Shown here: positions 12,667-22,723 of the stretch, piece after piece
Numbering within the stretch: the first letter of the stretch is position 1
How the letters are laid out: every line of letters starts with the position of its first letter
The notes under the pieces: model-generated
What the model was told of the DNA's origin: nothing
What the model saw: the letters and a program-made list of their open reading frames with translations, nothing else
The model's database searches: none
Assembly (NCBI GenBank): GCA_965116495.1
Contig: OZ220696.1
Location: 4,064,001-4,128,000 of the forward strand
Direction: 5' to 3'
Length of the DNA stretch: 64,000 nt
Origin: Gammaproteobacteria bacterium
GTDB lineage: Bacteria > Pseudomonadota > Gammaproteobacteria > Eutrophobiales > Eutrophobiaceae
Made by a program: the position numbers and the translations under genes

Positions 12667-13974
12667 TTTTCATCCGTTGCCGGCAACGGTTTGCTGGATC
12701 GCCGTCTATTCCTGAAAAGCGGCCTGGTATTGGGGACTGCTCAACTGGTTGCGGGTAACGCCCACGCCGCCAGGCGGGAGGAGTCGGTCAGACCTGATTG
12801 GATGAATGTGCCGGGCAAACCGTTTACTCCCTACGGACAACCCGCACAATATGAGGATGACGTGGTCCGCTATCCATCCCCGAACCGGCAATTGCGCAAC
12901 AGCGGCGCCTCCTGGACGCCGTTGCACCGGTTGGAAGGAATCATTACACCAAACGGCCTGCATTACGAACGGCACCACAACGGGGTGCCTCAAATCGACC
13001 CCGCCGGGCACCAGTTACTGGTTCATGGCCTGGTGCGGCAACCGCTTCTTTTCAGCATCGATAAACTGTTGCGATACCCGTTGCAGTCACAGGTCTGTTT
13101 CGTCGAATGCGGCGGCAACAGTAACGCCGGGTGGAACAAAACCCCTTCCCGGGCGGAGGCCGGCTACTTTCATGGCCTGGTTTCATGCAGTGAGTGGACC
13201 GGCGTGCCGCTTTCAACCGTGCTGGCAGAGGTTGGCATCGATAAAACGGCCAAATGGCTCATTGCCGACGGCGCGGACGCCTTTGCCATGAATATCAGCA
13301 TCCCGGTCGAAAAGGCCATGGACGACGCCATCCTGGCCCTGTACCAGAATGGCGAGCGCCTTAGGCCGGAGAACGGTTACCCGTTGCGTCTTATCCTGCC
13401 CGGCTGGGAAGGCGTATTGAATGTAAAATGGTTGCGGGCGTTAAAGGCTACCGAAAAACCCATCATGGCAAGGAACGAGACCGCCAGGTATACCGAATTG
13501 CTGCCGTCCGGCCAGGCGCGTATGTTCACGTTTACCATGGAGGCGAAATCACTGATCACCTCACCCTCAGGCGGCACGGTGCTGAAACAGGGACCGGGCC
13601 TCTACCAGCTATCCGGCCTGTCCTGGAGCGGGCGGGGGCGGATAAGACAGGTGGACGTGTCCGCTGACGGCGGCAAGACCTGGGCGCCGGCGGAACTGCA
13701 GGCCCCGGTCCTGCCCAAGGCGTTTACCCGCTTTCGCATTCCCTGGCAGTGGGACGGGACGCCGTCCGTATTAAAGAGCAGGGCGGTTGACGAGACCGGC
13801 TATGTGCAACCGGAAAGAGAACAACTAATTGCCGCGCAGGGCAGGCATGGCTTTTATCACTACAATGCCATTGTCACCTGGAGCGTGGATGAAGACGGAA
13901 CCGTGACGCATGTTTATACGAGTGAAGCGCAACAGGCTGATAGCGATATCAGTATTGATGCTGGCTGGGATTAA
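12640..13974 (+). CDS. soxC: Sulfite dehydrogenase/SoxC-type molybdoenzyme with Tat signal
   Basis: DRRLFLK Tat motif, GIITPNGLHYERHH, FVECGGN, RPENGYPLRL; start set at ATG 12640. Confidence 0.88.
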   Translation: MTDKNKSVPFSSVAGNGLLDRRLFLKSGLVLGTAQLVAGNAHAARREESVRPDWMNVPGKPFTPYGQPAQYEDDVVRYPSPNRQLRNSGASWTPLHRLEGIITPNGLHYERHHNGVPQIDPAGHQLLVHGLVRQPLLFSIDKLLRYPLQSQVCFVECGGNSNAGWNKTPSRAEAGYFHGLVSCSEWTGVPLSTVLAEVGIDKTAKWLIADGADAFAMNISIPVEKAMDDAILALYQNGERLRPENGYPLRLILPGWEGVLNVKWLRALKATEKPIMARNETARYTELLPSGQARMFTFTMEAKSLITSPSGGTVLKQGPGLYQLSGLSWSGRGRIRQVDVSADGGKTWAPAELQAPVLPKAFTRFRIPWQWDGTPSVLKSRAVDETGYVQPEREQLIAAQGRHGFYHYNAIVTWSVDEDGTVTHVYTSEAQQADSDISIDAGWD

Positions 13975-14449
13975 TTCCGGCGCTGATGAGGTCCGCCCAG
14001 GCCCGAACCTGGGTGAGCCGGCCGACAGCCGCGCCGTGAGCAGCCATGACTGGGGCATCATGCCGGACGGCGCGGGTCTCCCGGAGGGGAGCGGTACAGC
14101 GGGGGAGGGCAAGCCCATCTATGACAGGCTCTGCGTGTCTTGCCACGGCCCCGGCGGCCTGGGTGACAGCGGTGACCAGCTTGCCGGTGCGCAGATGCAG
14201 CTAACCGACGAGTGGCCGGAAAAGACCATCGGCACTTTCTGGCCCTACGCTCCCACCTTGTTTGATTTTATCCGCCGTTCCAAGCCCATGATGCAACCGG
14301 GCAGCCTCACCGACTCCGAAGTCTACGCACTCACTGCATACATGCTGTTCCTGAATGAGGTCATCCCGGAAGACCGGGAGATGAACGCCGCCACCCTCGC
14401 CGACGTGAAGATGCCCAACCGCGGCGGATTTATCCAGATCCTGGATTAA
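13910..14449 (+). CDS. soxD: Monoheme cytochrome c (SoxD-like)
   Basis: PDGAGLPEGSG, CVSCH, KTIGTFWPYAPTLFDFIRR, MPNR. Confidence 0.8.
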   Translation: MFIRVKRNRLIAISVLMLAGINSGADEVRPGPNLGEPADSRAVSSHDWGIMPDGAGLPEGSGTAGEGKPIYDRLCVSCHGPGGLGDSGDQLAGAQMQLTDEWPEKTIGTFWPYAPTLFDFIRRSKPMMQPGSLTDSEVYALTAYMLFLNEVIPEDREMNAATLADVKMPNRGGFIQILD

Positions 14450-14466
14450 TCTGGATAAGTAACTCA

Positions 14467-14495
14467 CGTCATTCTGGCGAATGCCAGAATCCAGT
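14467..14495 (+). repeat. CGTC-type REP-like palindrome
   Basis: CGTC-ATTCTGGC-GAAT-GCCAGAAT-CCAG. Confidence 0.7.
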
Positions 14496-14501
14496 GATAT
14501 T

Positions 14502-14750
14502 TCACTTGGCAACGATTCTGCCTACATCAAAATCCTGTACCCGTCCTTGATTGATATCATCTATACCCTTGTTAATTTCTTGACGTAAAGCTTCCAATTC
14601 ACATTTCTGTGTAAGCTGTTTAATTCGCCAGTCGCGAAGCGCCTCTCGCACAATCTCACTATTGGACGCATAATCGCCGTTGTTCACAGCTGACTTGATA
14701 CTCTGTGCCATGTCGGCGGTCAATGTCACAGTTATGCGTTCAACACTCAT
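14502..14750 (-). CDS. ParD-family RHH antitoxin, orphan
   Basis: AVNNGDYASNSEIVREALRDW..LEALRQEINKG; no parE downstream. Confidence 0.8.
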   Translation of the reverse strand: MSVERITVTLTADMAQSIKSAVNNGDYASNSEIVREALRDWRIKQLTQKCELEALRQEINKGIDDINQGRVQDFDVGRIVAK

Positions 14751-14878
14751 AGGATGTCCTAGATCATATTTGTTCATACTATATCATATTTTGGCACACG
14801 GAAGACGAAAAAGAGTGTTGTTATGTTGGAAAACACTAATCATTGACCTACAGGTGACTGGTCATATATACTGGTCAT

Positions 14879-15115
14879 ATGGAAACGATTAACGCATCCG
14901 ATTTCAAGGCCCAGTGTCTGGCGATTCTCGACCGCGTGCAAGCGACGGGCGAGCGTGTGCTTATTTTGAAGCGCGGTCGCCCGGTTGCCGAATTGCTGCC
15001 CGCCAGCCGAACCCAGGCCGAATTTCCACAGCTGGAGCTTAAAGGCACCGTTACAGTGCTGGGTGATATCATAGATCCGGTGGTTCCGGAAGAACATTGG
15101 GACAGCCTGCGCTAG
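14879..15115 (+). CDS. Phd/YefM antitoxin
   Basis: INASDFKAQCLAILDRV..ILKRGRPVA. Confidence 0.88.
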   Translation: METINASDFKAQCLAILDRVQATGERVLILKRGRPVAELLPASRTQAEFPQLELKGTVTVLGDIIDPVVPEEHWDSLR

Positions 15116-15513
15116 TGAAAGCGTTGCTTGATACACACGTGCTGCTCTGGTGGCTTGATGATCGCGATCGCCTCTCAGCGGCGCAACGGAATATCGTCAA
15201 TACGGTCGATAGCAAATCGCCGTTGCTGGTATCTGATATCTCTCTCTGGGAAGTGGCCATGTTGCACAATCTGGGACGCATCCGCCTGGTTATTCCTTTA
15301 CGGGAATGGCTTGATAAGGCAGCGGCACCACCACTGGTGCGGCGCCATGGTATCTCTCCTGCCATTGCCGCCGAAGTCGCTGCATTGCCTGCCTCTTTTC
15401 ACCGGGACCCGGCGGATCGTATCCTGGTAGCAACTGCCCGGGTTTTTGGCGCCACCCTGCTTACGCATGATCAGCGAATTATTGACGCTGCGCTGGTTGA
15501 TACTGTGAACTAA
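15115..15513 (+). CDS. vapC: VapC PIN-domain toxin
   Basis: [29 protein letters not shown]; GTG overlaps the antitoxin stop. Confidence 0.9.
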   Translation: MKALLDTHVLLWWLDDRDRLSAAQRNIVNTVDSKSPLLVSDISLWEVAMLHNLGRIRLVIPLREWLDKAAAPPLVRRHGISPAIAAEVAALPASFHRDPADRILVATARVFGATLLTHDQRIIDAALVDTVN

Positions 15514-15529
15514 CGCGAATCTCCTTTCA

Positions 15530-16591
15530 ATGTCAGGCAACACCATTGGAAAATTATTTACGGTAACGAGCTGTGGGGAGAGCCACAGCTATGGATACCT
15601 GTGCATTGTTGACGGCTGTCCGCCGGGGATGGAGTTGAGTGAAGCCGATCTGCAGCACGACCTGGACCGGCGTAAACCCGGTCAATCCCGCCATGTCACC
15701 CAGCGCCGGGAGTCCGACCAGGTCAGGATCCTGTCCGGGGTGTTCGAAGGCAGGACGACGGGTACGCCGATAGGGCTCATGATCGAGAATGAAGACCAGC
15801 GTTCCAAAGATTATTCTGCGATCAAGGATAAGTTCCGGCCGGGGCATGCCGATTATACCTACTGGAAAAAATACGGTATCCGCGACTACCGGGGCGGCGG
15901 TCGCGCCTCCGCCCGGGAAACCTGTATGCGGGTCGCGGCCGGTGCGATTGCCAAGAAATACCTGCGTGAACAATATGGTTCCCTGGTGCGCGGCTACCTG
16001 GCGCAACTGGGACCGGTCAGACTGGAACTGCGGGACTGGGGCGAGGTGGAGAATAATCCGTTCTTCTGCCCAGATGCAGGCAAGGTCGCAGACCTCGAAT
16101 CCCTGATGGATAATTTACGCAAATCGGGCGATTCCATCGGCGCCCGGGTGAACCTGGTCGCCACTGACATTCCGGTGGGGCTGGGAGAACCGATTTTCGA
16201 TCGCATGGATGCCGATATCGCCAAGGCCCTGATGAGTATCAACGCCGTCAAGGGCGTGGAGATAGGCGATGGTTTCGGTGTTGTCGGGCAACACGGCACA
16301 GAGCACAGGGATGAGATTACGGCTGAAGGATTTTTGTCCAACCGCGCCGGGGGTACCCTGGGCGGTATTTCCAGCGGCCAGGACATCCTGGCGAGTATTG
16401 CCCTGAAACCGACCTCGAGTATCCGCATCCCCGGAAAAACCATCGACGTTTACGGTAATGAAACGGAGATCGCCACTACCGGCCGCCACGATCCCTGTGT
16501 CGGCATTCGCGCTACGCCTATCGCCGAGGCGATGCTGGCGATCGTCCTGATGGATCACGCGTTGAGACAGCGCGCGCAGAACCCCGGCTGA
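15530..16591 (+). CDS. aroC: Chorismate synthase
   Basis: [28 protein letters not shown]. Confidence 0.98.
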   Translation: MSGNTIGKLFTVTSCGESHSYGYLCIVDGCPPGMELSEADLQHDLDRRKPGQSRHVTQRRESDQVRILSGVFEGRTTGTPIGLMIENEDQRSKDYSAIKDKFRPGHADYTYWKKYGIRDYRGGGRASARETCMRVAAGAIAKKYLREQYGSLVRGYLAQLGPVRLELRDWGEVENNPFFCPDAGKVADLESLMDNLRKSGDSIGARVNLVATDIPVGLGEPIFDRMDADIAKALMSINAVKGVEIGDGFGVVGQHGTEHRDEITAEGFLSNRAGGTLGGISSGQDILASIALKPTSSIRIPGKTIDVYGNETEIATTGRHDPCVGIRATPIAEAMLAIVLMDHALRQRAQNPG

Positions 16592-16601
16592 ATTACTCTC
16601 A

Positions 16602-16626
16602 GGGGACGGATTTGAAATCCGTCCCC
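16602..16626. repeat. Family A palindrome between convergent aroC and the MFS gene
   Basis: GGGGACGGATTTGAAATCCGTCCCC. Confidence 0.85.
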
Positions 16627-16653
16627 GGTCTATCCCCTATCCCGTCCCCGGTG

Positions 16654-18390
16654 TTATCGTGGTTCGCCGAAAATAATAGTCACGTCGTTTTCGCTGGTGC
16701 CAGGGATTGTTTCGCCGGACGGCCTGCTGCCCGGTGAACCGCTCAGGGAATAGGGCAATATTGCCCATTCAACCGTCTTATCACTGTCGTTTTGAATATT
16801 CTCCAGCCACTCCGCGCTATCCGGACCTGCCGTGAACCACGGGCATACCACTTCACCGGCATTGAGGAGTCCGGTTACGGTCTTGCGCGTCGATTGATCA
16901 GGGGCGCCGGTGATAGTCCCGAAGAATTCAAAAAACTTTCTCGCATACCATTTCCGGCGGATGTTTTCGTCCATCACGAACCGGATCTGACGCGGCGCCG
17001 CCATCTGGATGAAAGTCCAGTCTTTCAGGTTTGCCTGCTGCCCCAGCATGAGCACGCCTCCCGTATCCGGGAAATGGTTGAAACCCTGCACCACCAGCCG
17101 GGAACGATAGCCGATGGCCAGGGTGACGATAAGCCGCACCAGGGATTGCGGGAGTTTATACACCGTGTAGAAAGCGCCTGCCAGGGCAACGACAGTCAGT
17201 AACGTAAACAACATGTTGCTGATCTCCAGCATGGAAAACAGCACGGTCAGGAGCAGGAAGCCCAGCATCATTATATTTTTGATGAAATTGTTTCCGGCCA
17301 GTACCCTGCCCAGGATGTTTTCACCCGCGTGAAACTGGATCAAGGCGTTGAGAGGGATGATGAACAGGCCGCCCAGCATGCCCAGCATCAGGATATTGAG
17401 ACCGTGTGCCGGCACGCTGGCAAGTCCCGGCAGGATGAACAGGCAGGTAGCCACACCCAATGCACCGACCGGGATCAAGCCGGTTTCGATATAGTTTTTT
17501 GATATCCTGCCGGCGACCAGGGAGCCCAGCATGATACCGATCCCGGCACAGGCCAGCATGCCCTGGATAATCCTGGTGTCGTATATGTCCAGGTTATCCT
17601 TGGCAAAAGCGGGAAAGGCCGCGAGCAAGACCTGGCCGATTGCCCAGAAAATCGCCACACCGATGATCGACAGAAAGATTACTTCACGTGATATTACCGC
17701 GCGCAGGTTGCCGGACAGGTATTGGCCGGTACGGTATTTGACCCAGTCAAAGCGCAGGTTTTCATCCGGCTCATGGACGTTAGGCAGACGGTAGGCCAGC
17801 AGCAACTCCACAACTGATCCGGCAATCAGGAACCAGCCGGTCTGCTTGATGGCGTGCAGCACATCCTGTTTGGTGGAAAAAGCCACGTCAGCCAGGAACA
17901 TCTCGAACGTGATGGAAAATACAAAGGTTCCGGTAAGAATGGCAACGGTGGTAGTTGCCTGCACCACGCCGTTGGCGCGCGCCAACCGCTCCTTGCCGGC
18001 AATTTCCCTGATATAGCCGTACTTGGCAGGTGAGTAAAAGGCGCTTTGTATTGCCAGCAGGAACGTCATGGCAAAGGCAGCCCAGAACCATCCCAGGTGA
18101 TAGAACAGGGTAATCATACCGGTCAGGGTGACTGCAGCCCAAGCACTGATGCGCATGACTTTGTTTTTGGGGAACTTGTCCGCCAGAAAACCTGTCGGGG
18201 TATACAGCAGGATGTACGGCAGCAGGATCAGGGCATTGACGATAGCCGTCAGAATGATCAGGGTATTGCCGTCGTAGGTTTTGAAAACGGTATTCTGGAT
18301 CGTGATTTTGTGGCCCAGGTCTACAAAGGCATTCAGGAACAGCATGACGACGTAGGGGAGGAAACCCCTGATCCTGAACAGATCATTCAT
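16654..18390 (-). CDS. LplT-like MFS transporter with a degenerate PlsC domain (N-terminal part of an Aas-type fusion)
   Basis: FLNAFVDLGHKI, SPAKYG; acyltransferase-like GGVLMLGQQANLKDW..PRQIRFVM; no acyl-ACP synthetase domain. Confidence 0.8.
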   Translation of the reverse strand: MNDLFRIRGFLPYVVMLFLNAFVDLGHKITIQNTVFKTYDGNTLIILTAIVNALILLPYILLYTPTGFLADKFPKNKVMRISAWAAVTLTGMITLFYHLGWFWAAFAMTFLLAIQSAFYSPAKYGYIREIAGKERLARANGVVQATTTVAILTGTFVFSITFEMFLADVAFSTKQDVLHAIKQTGWFLIAGSVVELLLAYRLPNVHEPDENLRFDWVKYRTGQYLSGNLRAVISREVIFLSIIGVAIFWAIGQVLLAAFPAFAKDNLDIYDTRIIQGMLACAGIGIMLGSLVAGRISKNYIETGLIPVGALGVATCLFILPGLASVPAHGLNILMLGMLGGLFIIPLNALIQFHAGENILGRVLAGNNFIKNIMMLGFLLLTVLFSMLEISNMLFTLLTVVALAGAFYTVYKLPQSLVRLIVTLAIGYRSRLVVQGFNHFPDTGGVLMLGQQANLKDWTFIQMAAPRQIRFVMDENIRRKWYARKFFEFFGTITGAPDQSTRKTVTGLLNAGEVVCPWFTAGPDSAEWLENIQNDSDKTVEWAILPYSLSGSPGSRPSGETIPGTSENDVTIIFGEPR

Positions 18391-18405
18391 GATCCTGGGT
18401 ATTAA

Positions 18406-18429
18406 GGGGACGGACTCAAGTCCGTCCCC
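18406..18429. repeat. Family A palindrome
   Basis: GGGGACGGACTCAAGTCCGTCCCC. Confidence 0.85.
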
Positions 18430-18439
18430 GGTAAGAAGG

Positions 18440-19885
18440 TCACGTGGATGTTCCGCCGACGGTCAATTCATCAATCCTGATAGTAGGCTGGCCCACGCCC
18501 ACAGGTACTGACTGGCCGTCTTTCCCGCATACACCGATGCCGGTATCAAGCCGCATGTCATTGCCGGTCATGGACACGCGGGTCAGCACGTCCGGCCCGT
18601 TGCCGATCAGTGTAGCGCCCTTGATGGGGCTGGTCAGCCGGCCGTTTTCAATCAACCACGCCTGGCTGGCGCTGAATACGAATTTGCCGTTGGTGATGTC
18701 CACCTGTCCGCCCCCGAACTGGGAAGCATAAACGCCTTTCGGGACGGAACCGATAATTTCTTCGGGATCATACTCACCCCCCAGCATATACGTATTGGTC
18801 ATTCTCGGCATGGGTAGGTGGGCATAGGATTCCCGGCGCCCGTTGCCGGTGGGCTGCATACCCATTAACCCGGCATTCATCTTGTCCTGCATATAATTTC
18901 TGAGAATGCCTCTCTCAATCAGGGTGGTAGCTTCCGTGGGCGTGCCCTCGTCGTCAACGGTGAGTGAACCGCGCCGGTTTTCTATGGTCCCGTCATCGAC
19001 CACGGTGACGCTCTCAGCCGCTACCCGCTGGCCTATCCGGTTACTGAAGGCGGAAGTCCCCTTGCGGTTGAAGTCGCCTTCCAGGCCGTGACCTATGGCC
19101 TCATGCAACAGGATACCCGGCCAACCCGGACCCAGCACAACCGTCATGGTGCCCGCCGGCGCCGGGACCGCCTCCAGGTTATTGAGCGCCTGTGTCACCG
19201 CATCATCGATGTAGCCGTTGACAATTGCATCATCCAGGAAGTATTCATAACCGAAGCGGCCACCTCCGCCGGCGCCGCCTTTTTCCAGTTTGCCGTTTTG
19301 TTCGACGATGACGTTGACGTTAAGTCTTACCAGGGGCCTGATATCACCGGTATAAACACCGTCGCTGCCGGCTATCAATACCGCGCTGTAAGAACCACTC
19401 AGGCCGGCGATTACCTGCTTTATCCTGGGGTCCTTGTTACGGGTATGGGCATCTATCCGTTGCAATAGTGCAATTTTTTCCGTGGAGGGTATCGAGTCCA
19501 GCGGATTCGCTCCGGAATAAAGCGGTGCTAGATCACGCTTCTGCCGGGGTTGCAGTTTTTGCTTGCCGCCGCTGCCGGCGATGGCCCGCGCGGCCCGTGC
19601 CGCGTCGGTCAGCGCCGGCAGGACGATCTCGTCCGAATAGGCAAAGCCGGACTTGTCTTCGCTGACTGCCCTGACGCCCACCCCCTGGTCGATACTGTGG
19701 GAGCCTTCCTTGATGATGCCTTCTTCCAGTACCCAGGCTTCGGCCTGGGAAAATTCAAAATACAGGTCGGCGTAGTCAATATCATTGACGATCATCTGGT
19801 CCAGGGTTTTTTCAATATCCCTGTGGTCAATCCCGGTCGGGCCCAGCAATTGCCGGGAGGCTTTTTGCAGTTGTTGACTCATCAT
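18440..19885 (-). CDS. tldD: Metalloprotease TldD
   Basis: GWPGILLHEAIGHGLEGD, PMPRMTNT, CGKDGQSVPVG. Confidence 0.97.
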   Translation of the reverse strand: MMSQQLQKASRQLLGPTGIDHRDIEKTLDQMIVNDIDYADLYFEFSQAEAWVLEEGIIKEGSHSIDQGVGVRAVSEDKSGFAYSDEIVLPALTDAARAARAIAGSGGKQKLQPRQKRDLAPLYSGANPLDSIPSTEKIALLQRIDAHTRNKDPRIKQVIAGLSGSYSAVLIAGSDGVYTGDIRPLVRLNVNVIVEQNGKLEKGGAGGGGRFGYEYFLDDAIVNGYIDDAVTQALNNLEAVPAPAGTMTVVLGPGWPGILLHEAIGHGLEGDFNRKGTSAFSNRIGQRVAAESVTVVDDGTIENRRGSLTVDDEGTPTEATTLIERGILRNYMQDKMNAGLMGMQPTGNGRRESYAHLPMPRMTNTYMLGGEYDPEEIIGSVPKGVYASQFGGGQVDITNGKFVFSASQAWLIENGRLTSPIKGATLIGNGPDVLTRVSMTGNDMRLDTGIGVCGKDGQSVPVGVGQPTIRIDELTVGGTST

Positions 19886-19902
19886 GGTCTCCGGGAGTCT
19901 CC

Positions 19903-19999
19903 GGGGACGGACTGAAGTCCGTCCCCGCTGTTCCCTTGTGTCAGGGGACAGATTTAAGCATGCTCCTGCATGTAGTAAGCAGGGGTCTGTCCCCTGTTG
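19903..19999. repeat. Family A palindrome plus a 56-bp MITE-like element (second copy inverted at 28524-28579)
   Basis: GGGGACGGACTGAAGTCCGTCCCC, then GGGGACAGATTTAAGCATG...GCAGGGGTCTGTCCCCTGTTG. Confidence 0.85.
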
Positions 20000-20814
20000 T
20001 TTCCTATCACCCGGTGCTCCAGCGCCGGGAACGATTGTCTCAATTCGTGTACCCTCGCCAGGTCAATATCGGCACAGGCAACGCCGGGGCCTTCTTCCAG
20101 GCTGGATAAAATATCACCCCAGGGATCGATAATCATACTGTGGCCCCAGGTACGCCGGGTTTCGGTATTCTGCCCACCCTGGTTGGAGGCGATGACGTAA
20201 CACAGGTTTTCCACCGCCCGGGCGCGTAAAAACAACTCCCAGTGGCGTTTTCCGGTGGCATAGGTAAACGCGGAGGGGACGGTGATGATCTCCGCCTGCT
20301 GCCTGGACAGTTCGCGATAGAGTTCAGGGAAGCGAAGGTCGTAGCATACCGTCATGCCGATGTTGCCTAACGGGGTGTCCGCCACGACTACATTGCCGCC
20401 CGGTACGATGGTATCGGATTCGTTATACACCTCTTTTTCTTCGTCTCCCACCTGGACGTCGAACAGGTGTATCTTGTCATAGCGGTGAGTGCAGATGCCG
20501 TCCGGGCTGAACAGCAGGCAGCTGTTGTACACACGGTCAGCCTGTTCACTTTGCAATGAGAAGGTTCCTGCCATCAGCCAGATCCGGTGGGTCCCGGCCT
20601 GGCCGGCGAGGAAATCCTGGATAGGGCCCTGTCCCGGTACTTCCCCGATGCTGATTTTTGCCGTTTCATCGTCACTCATGACAGGGAAATATTCCGGCAA
20701 CAGGGCAAACCCGGCGCCCCGGCCCGCTGCTTCCTCTATCAGTCCGGCAGCCTGGGCAAGATTGGCTTCAAGCTTATCGGAGGAAACCATCTGGATTGTT
20801 GCAACTCTGACCAT
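19954..20814 (-). CDS. Carbon-nitrogen hydrolase (Nit1-like deaminated-glutathione amidase)
   Basis: LPEYF, YDKIHLFD, CYDLRFPE (E-K-C triad); upstream of tldD as is common; start set at MVRVATIQ. Confidence 0.9.
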   Translation of the reverse strand: MVRVATIQMVSSDKLEANLAQAAGLIEEAAGRGAGFALLPEYFPVMSDDETAKISIGEVPGQGPIQDFLAGQAGTHRIWLMAGTFSLQSEQADRVYNSCLLFSPDGICTHRYDKIHLFDVQVGDEEKEVYNESDTIVPGGNVVVADTPLGNIGMTVCYDLRFPELYRELSRQQAEIITVPSAFTYATGKRHWELFLRARAVENLCYVIASNQGGQNTETRRTWGHSMIIDPWGDILSSLEEGPGVACADIDLARVHELRQSFPALEHRVIGNNRGQTPAYYMQEHA

Positions 20815-20889
20815 CGCCCGAGTATACGTGAATCCGGGTTTTGAAGACAGCGTATCCTGCCTGAACTGGTATATAATGAAACATCCATA

Positions 20890-20912
20890 GGGGACAGATT
20901 TAAATCTGTCCC
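20890..20912. repeat. Family A palindrome
   Basis: GGGGACAGATTTAAATCTGTCCC. Confidence 0.85.
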
Positions 20913-20961
20913 CGGCCAGGTCCCCGTATTGCGGAATTAAATACAACCCGGAGCGTGAACC

Positions 20962-22707
20962 ATGCATATAAATGACACATCCAGCCGGACGGACCTCCGC
21001 TACGAACCCGACGAACGACCCCCTTACTCCTTGTGTTTTGGCCTCGGTTTGCAGGCAGCCCTGCTTGTCCTTCCATCAGTGGTGCTGGTGCCGGTCATTA
21101 TAGTCCGGGCAGCGGGCCTGGATGCGGGCTACCTGTCATGGGCCATCTTTGCCGCGCTGCTGGTGTGCGGGCTTGTTACGCTGTTACAGTCCTTTCGAAC
21201 AGGATTTATCGGCGCCGGGCATGTTCTCATTTCCGTCAGCGCCGCTACCGCTATCGCCGTCTGTATCCTGGCCCTGTCGGCAGGAGGGGTGGCGCTGATG
21301 ATGAACCTGATTATCGTCTCTGCGTTGTTCCAGTTGGTACTGTCGTCGCATCTGTCGCTGTTGCGCCGCATAATCACACCGGTCGTGTCCGGCATGGTGC
21401 TGATGTTGATCGCAGTTGCCGTCATGCCTGTCGCTTTTGATATGTTGACACACACGCCTGAAGGCGCGGCGCCTGCTGCAGCGCCGAGTATTGCGGCGGT
21501 TACCCTGCTCGTGTTCGTGGTGCTGGTGTTCGGCGCCCGGCGCGCCCTGCGGCTCTGGGCGCCCGTTATTGCAATCGTTGCAGGTTGCGCGGCAGCAGCG
21601 TTTTTCGGTCTGTACCACGCCGGCCTGGTATGGGAAGCGCCCTGGGTCAATATTCCTGCAGGCAGCCGGCCGCAGTTAAGCCTGTCACTGGGCGCCGATT
21701 TCTGGATACTGTTACCAGCGTTTCTGTTTGTATCCCTGGCTAACACAATGGGGGATATCAGTACCGGTGTTGCTGTGCAGAGGGTATCCCGGCGCGGCCC
21801 GCATGCGGTCGATTTCCGCGCGGTGCAGGAGGGGGTTGCAACCAACGGGCTGGGTGATTTGCTCGCCGGCCTCGCCGGTGCAATACCGGTCAAAAGCGAC
21901 CAGGCAGGTATTTCCCTCATCGAACTCAAGGGTGTTGCTGCCCGCAGGTTGGGGGTCTGCATCGGGATCATCCTGTTATTGCTGGCGTTCATCCCCAAGA
22001 TAACGGCGATCCTTCTCGCCATCCCCGCACCGGTAATTGCAGCTTACCTTGCCGTGACCATGGCACTGGTTTTCGTGCAAGGCATAAGGATGGTGGTCCA
22101 GGACGGCATTGATTACCGCAAAGCAGCGGTAATCGGATTGGCATTCTGGCTTGGTGTAGGATTCCATAACCAGGCTGTTTTCGCACACCTGCTGGGTGAT
22201 ACCTGGGGCAGGTTACTGGGCAACGGTATGACCGTGGGCGGCCTGGCCGTTATCCTGCTGACGGTAATCATGAAACTGACCGGCCCGCGTCGCTATAGTA
22301 TAGTAACGGCGCTGGACCCCAGGGTTCTCCACAGGCTGGAAGATTTCCTGCGCGAACAGGCAAAGCGTCTCGGCTGGGGCGAAGCCGCAATCGAACGCCT
22401 GTTCCTGATCGGTGAGGAAACCCTGTTGTGCCTTGCGGAAGGACATGATGAAGCAGCCACGGGTGAGCTTCGGCGCCTGCTGGTAACGGCAACCAATGAC
22501 GGTCCGTTCATGGAACTGGAGTTTGTCTCTGCCATCGGTGAGGACAACCTGGAAGACCAGATGAGGTTGCTGGGAGACCATACCGAGGCGCGGGACGGGC
22601 ATGAAATATCGCTCCGTATCCTGCAGCACTACGCATCCTCCGTGCGCCACCAGCAGTATCATGGTATGGACGTGGTGACGGTGCGGGTCAGGGAAAACGA
22701 AAATTGA
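20962..22707 (+). CDS. NCS2 (xanthine/uracil) permease with an extra C-terminal soluble domain
   Basis: YEPDERPP..LGLQ, RRIITPVVSG, FIPKITAILLAIPAPV; about 140-aa hydrophilic tail. Confidence 0.85.
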   Translation: MHINDTSSRTDLRYEPDERPPYSLCFGLGLQAALLVLPSVVLVPVIIVRAAGLDAGYLSWAIFAALLVCGLVTLLQSFRTGFIGAGHVLISVSAATAIAVCILALSAGGVALMMNLIIVSALFQLVLSSHLSLLRRIITPVVSGMVLMLIAVAVMPVAFDMLTHTPEGAAPAAAPSIAAVTLLVFVVLVFGARRALRLWAPVIAIVAGCAAAAFFGLYHAGLVWEAPWVNIPAGSRPQLSLSLGADFWILLPAFLFVSLANTMGDISTGVAVQRVSRRGPHAVDFRAVQEGVATNGLGDLLAGLAGAIPVKSDQAGISLIELKGVAARRLGVCIGIILLLLAFIPKITAILLAIPAPVIAAYLAVTMALVFVQGIRMVVQDGIDYRKAAVIGLAFWLGVGFHNQAVFAHLLGDTWGRLLGNGMTVGGLAVILLTVIMKLTGPRRYSIVTALDPRVLHRLEDFLREQAKRLGWGEAAIERLFLIGEETLLCLAEGHDEAATGELRRLLVTATNDGPFMELEFVSAIGEDNLEDQMRLLGDHTEARDGHEISLRILQHYASSVRHQQYHGMDVVTVRVRENEN

Positions 22708-22723
22708 ACAGAGAGACAGGATA

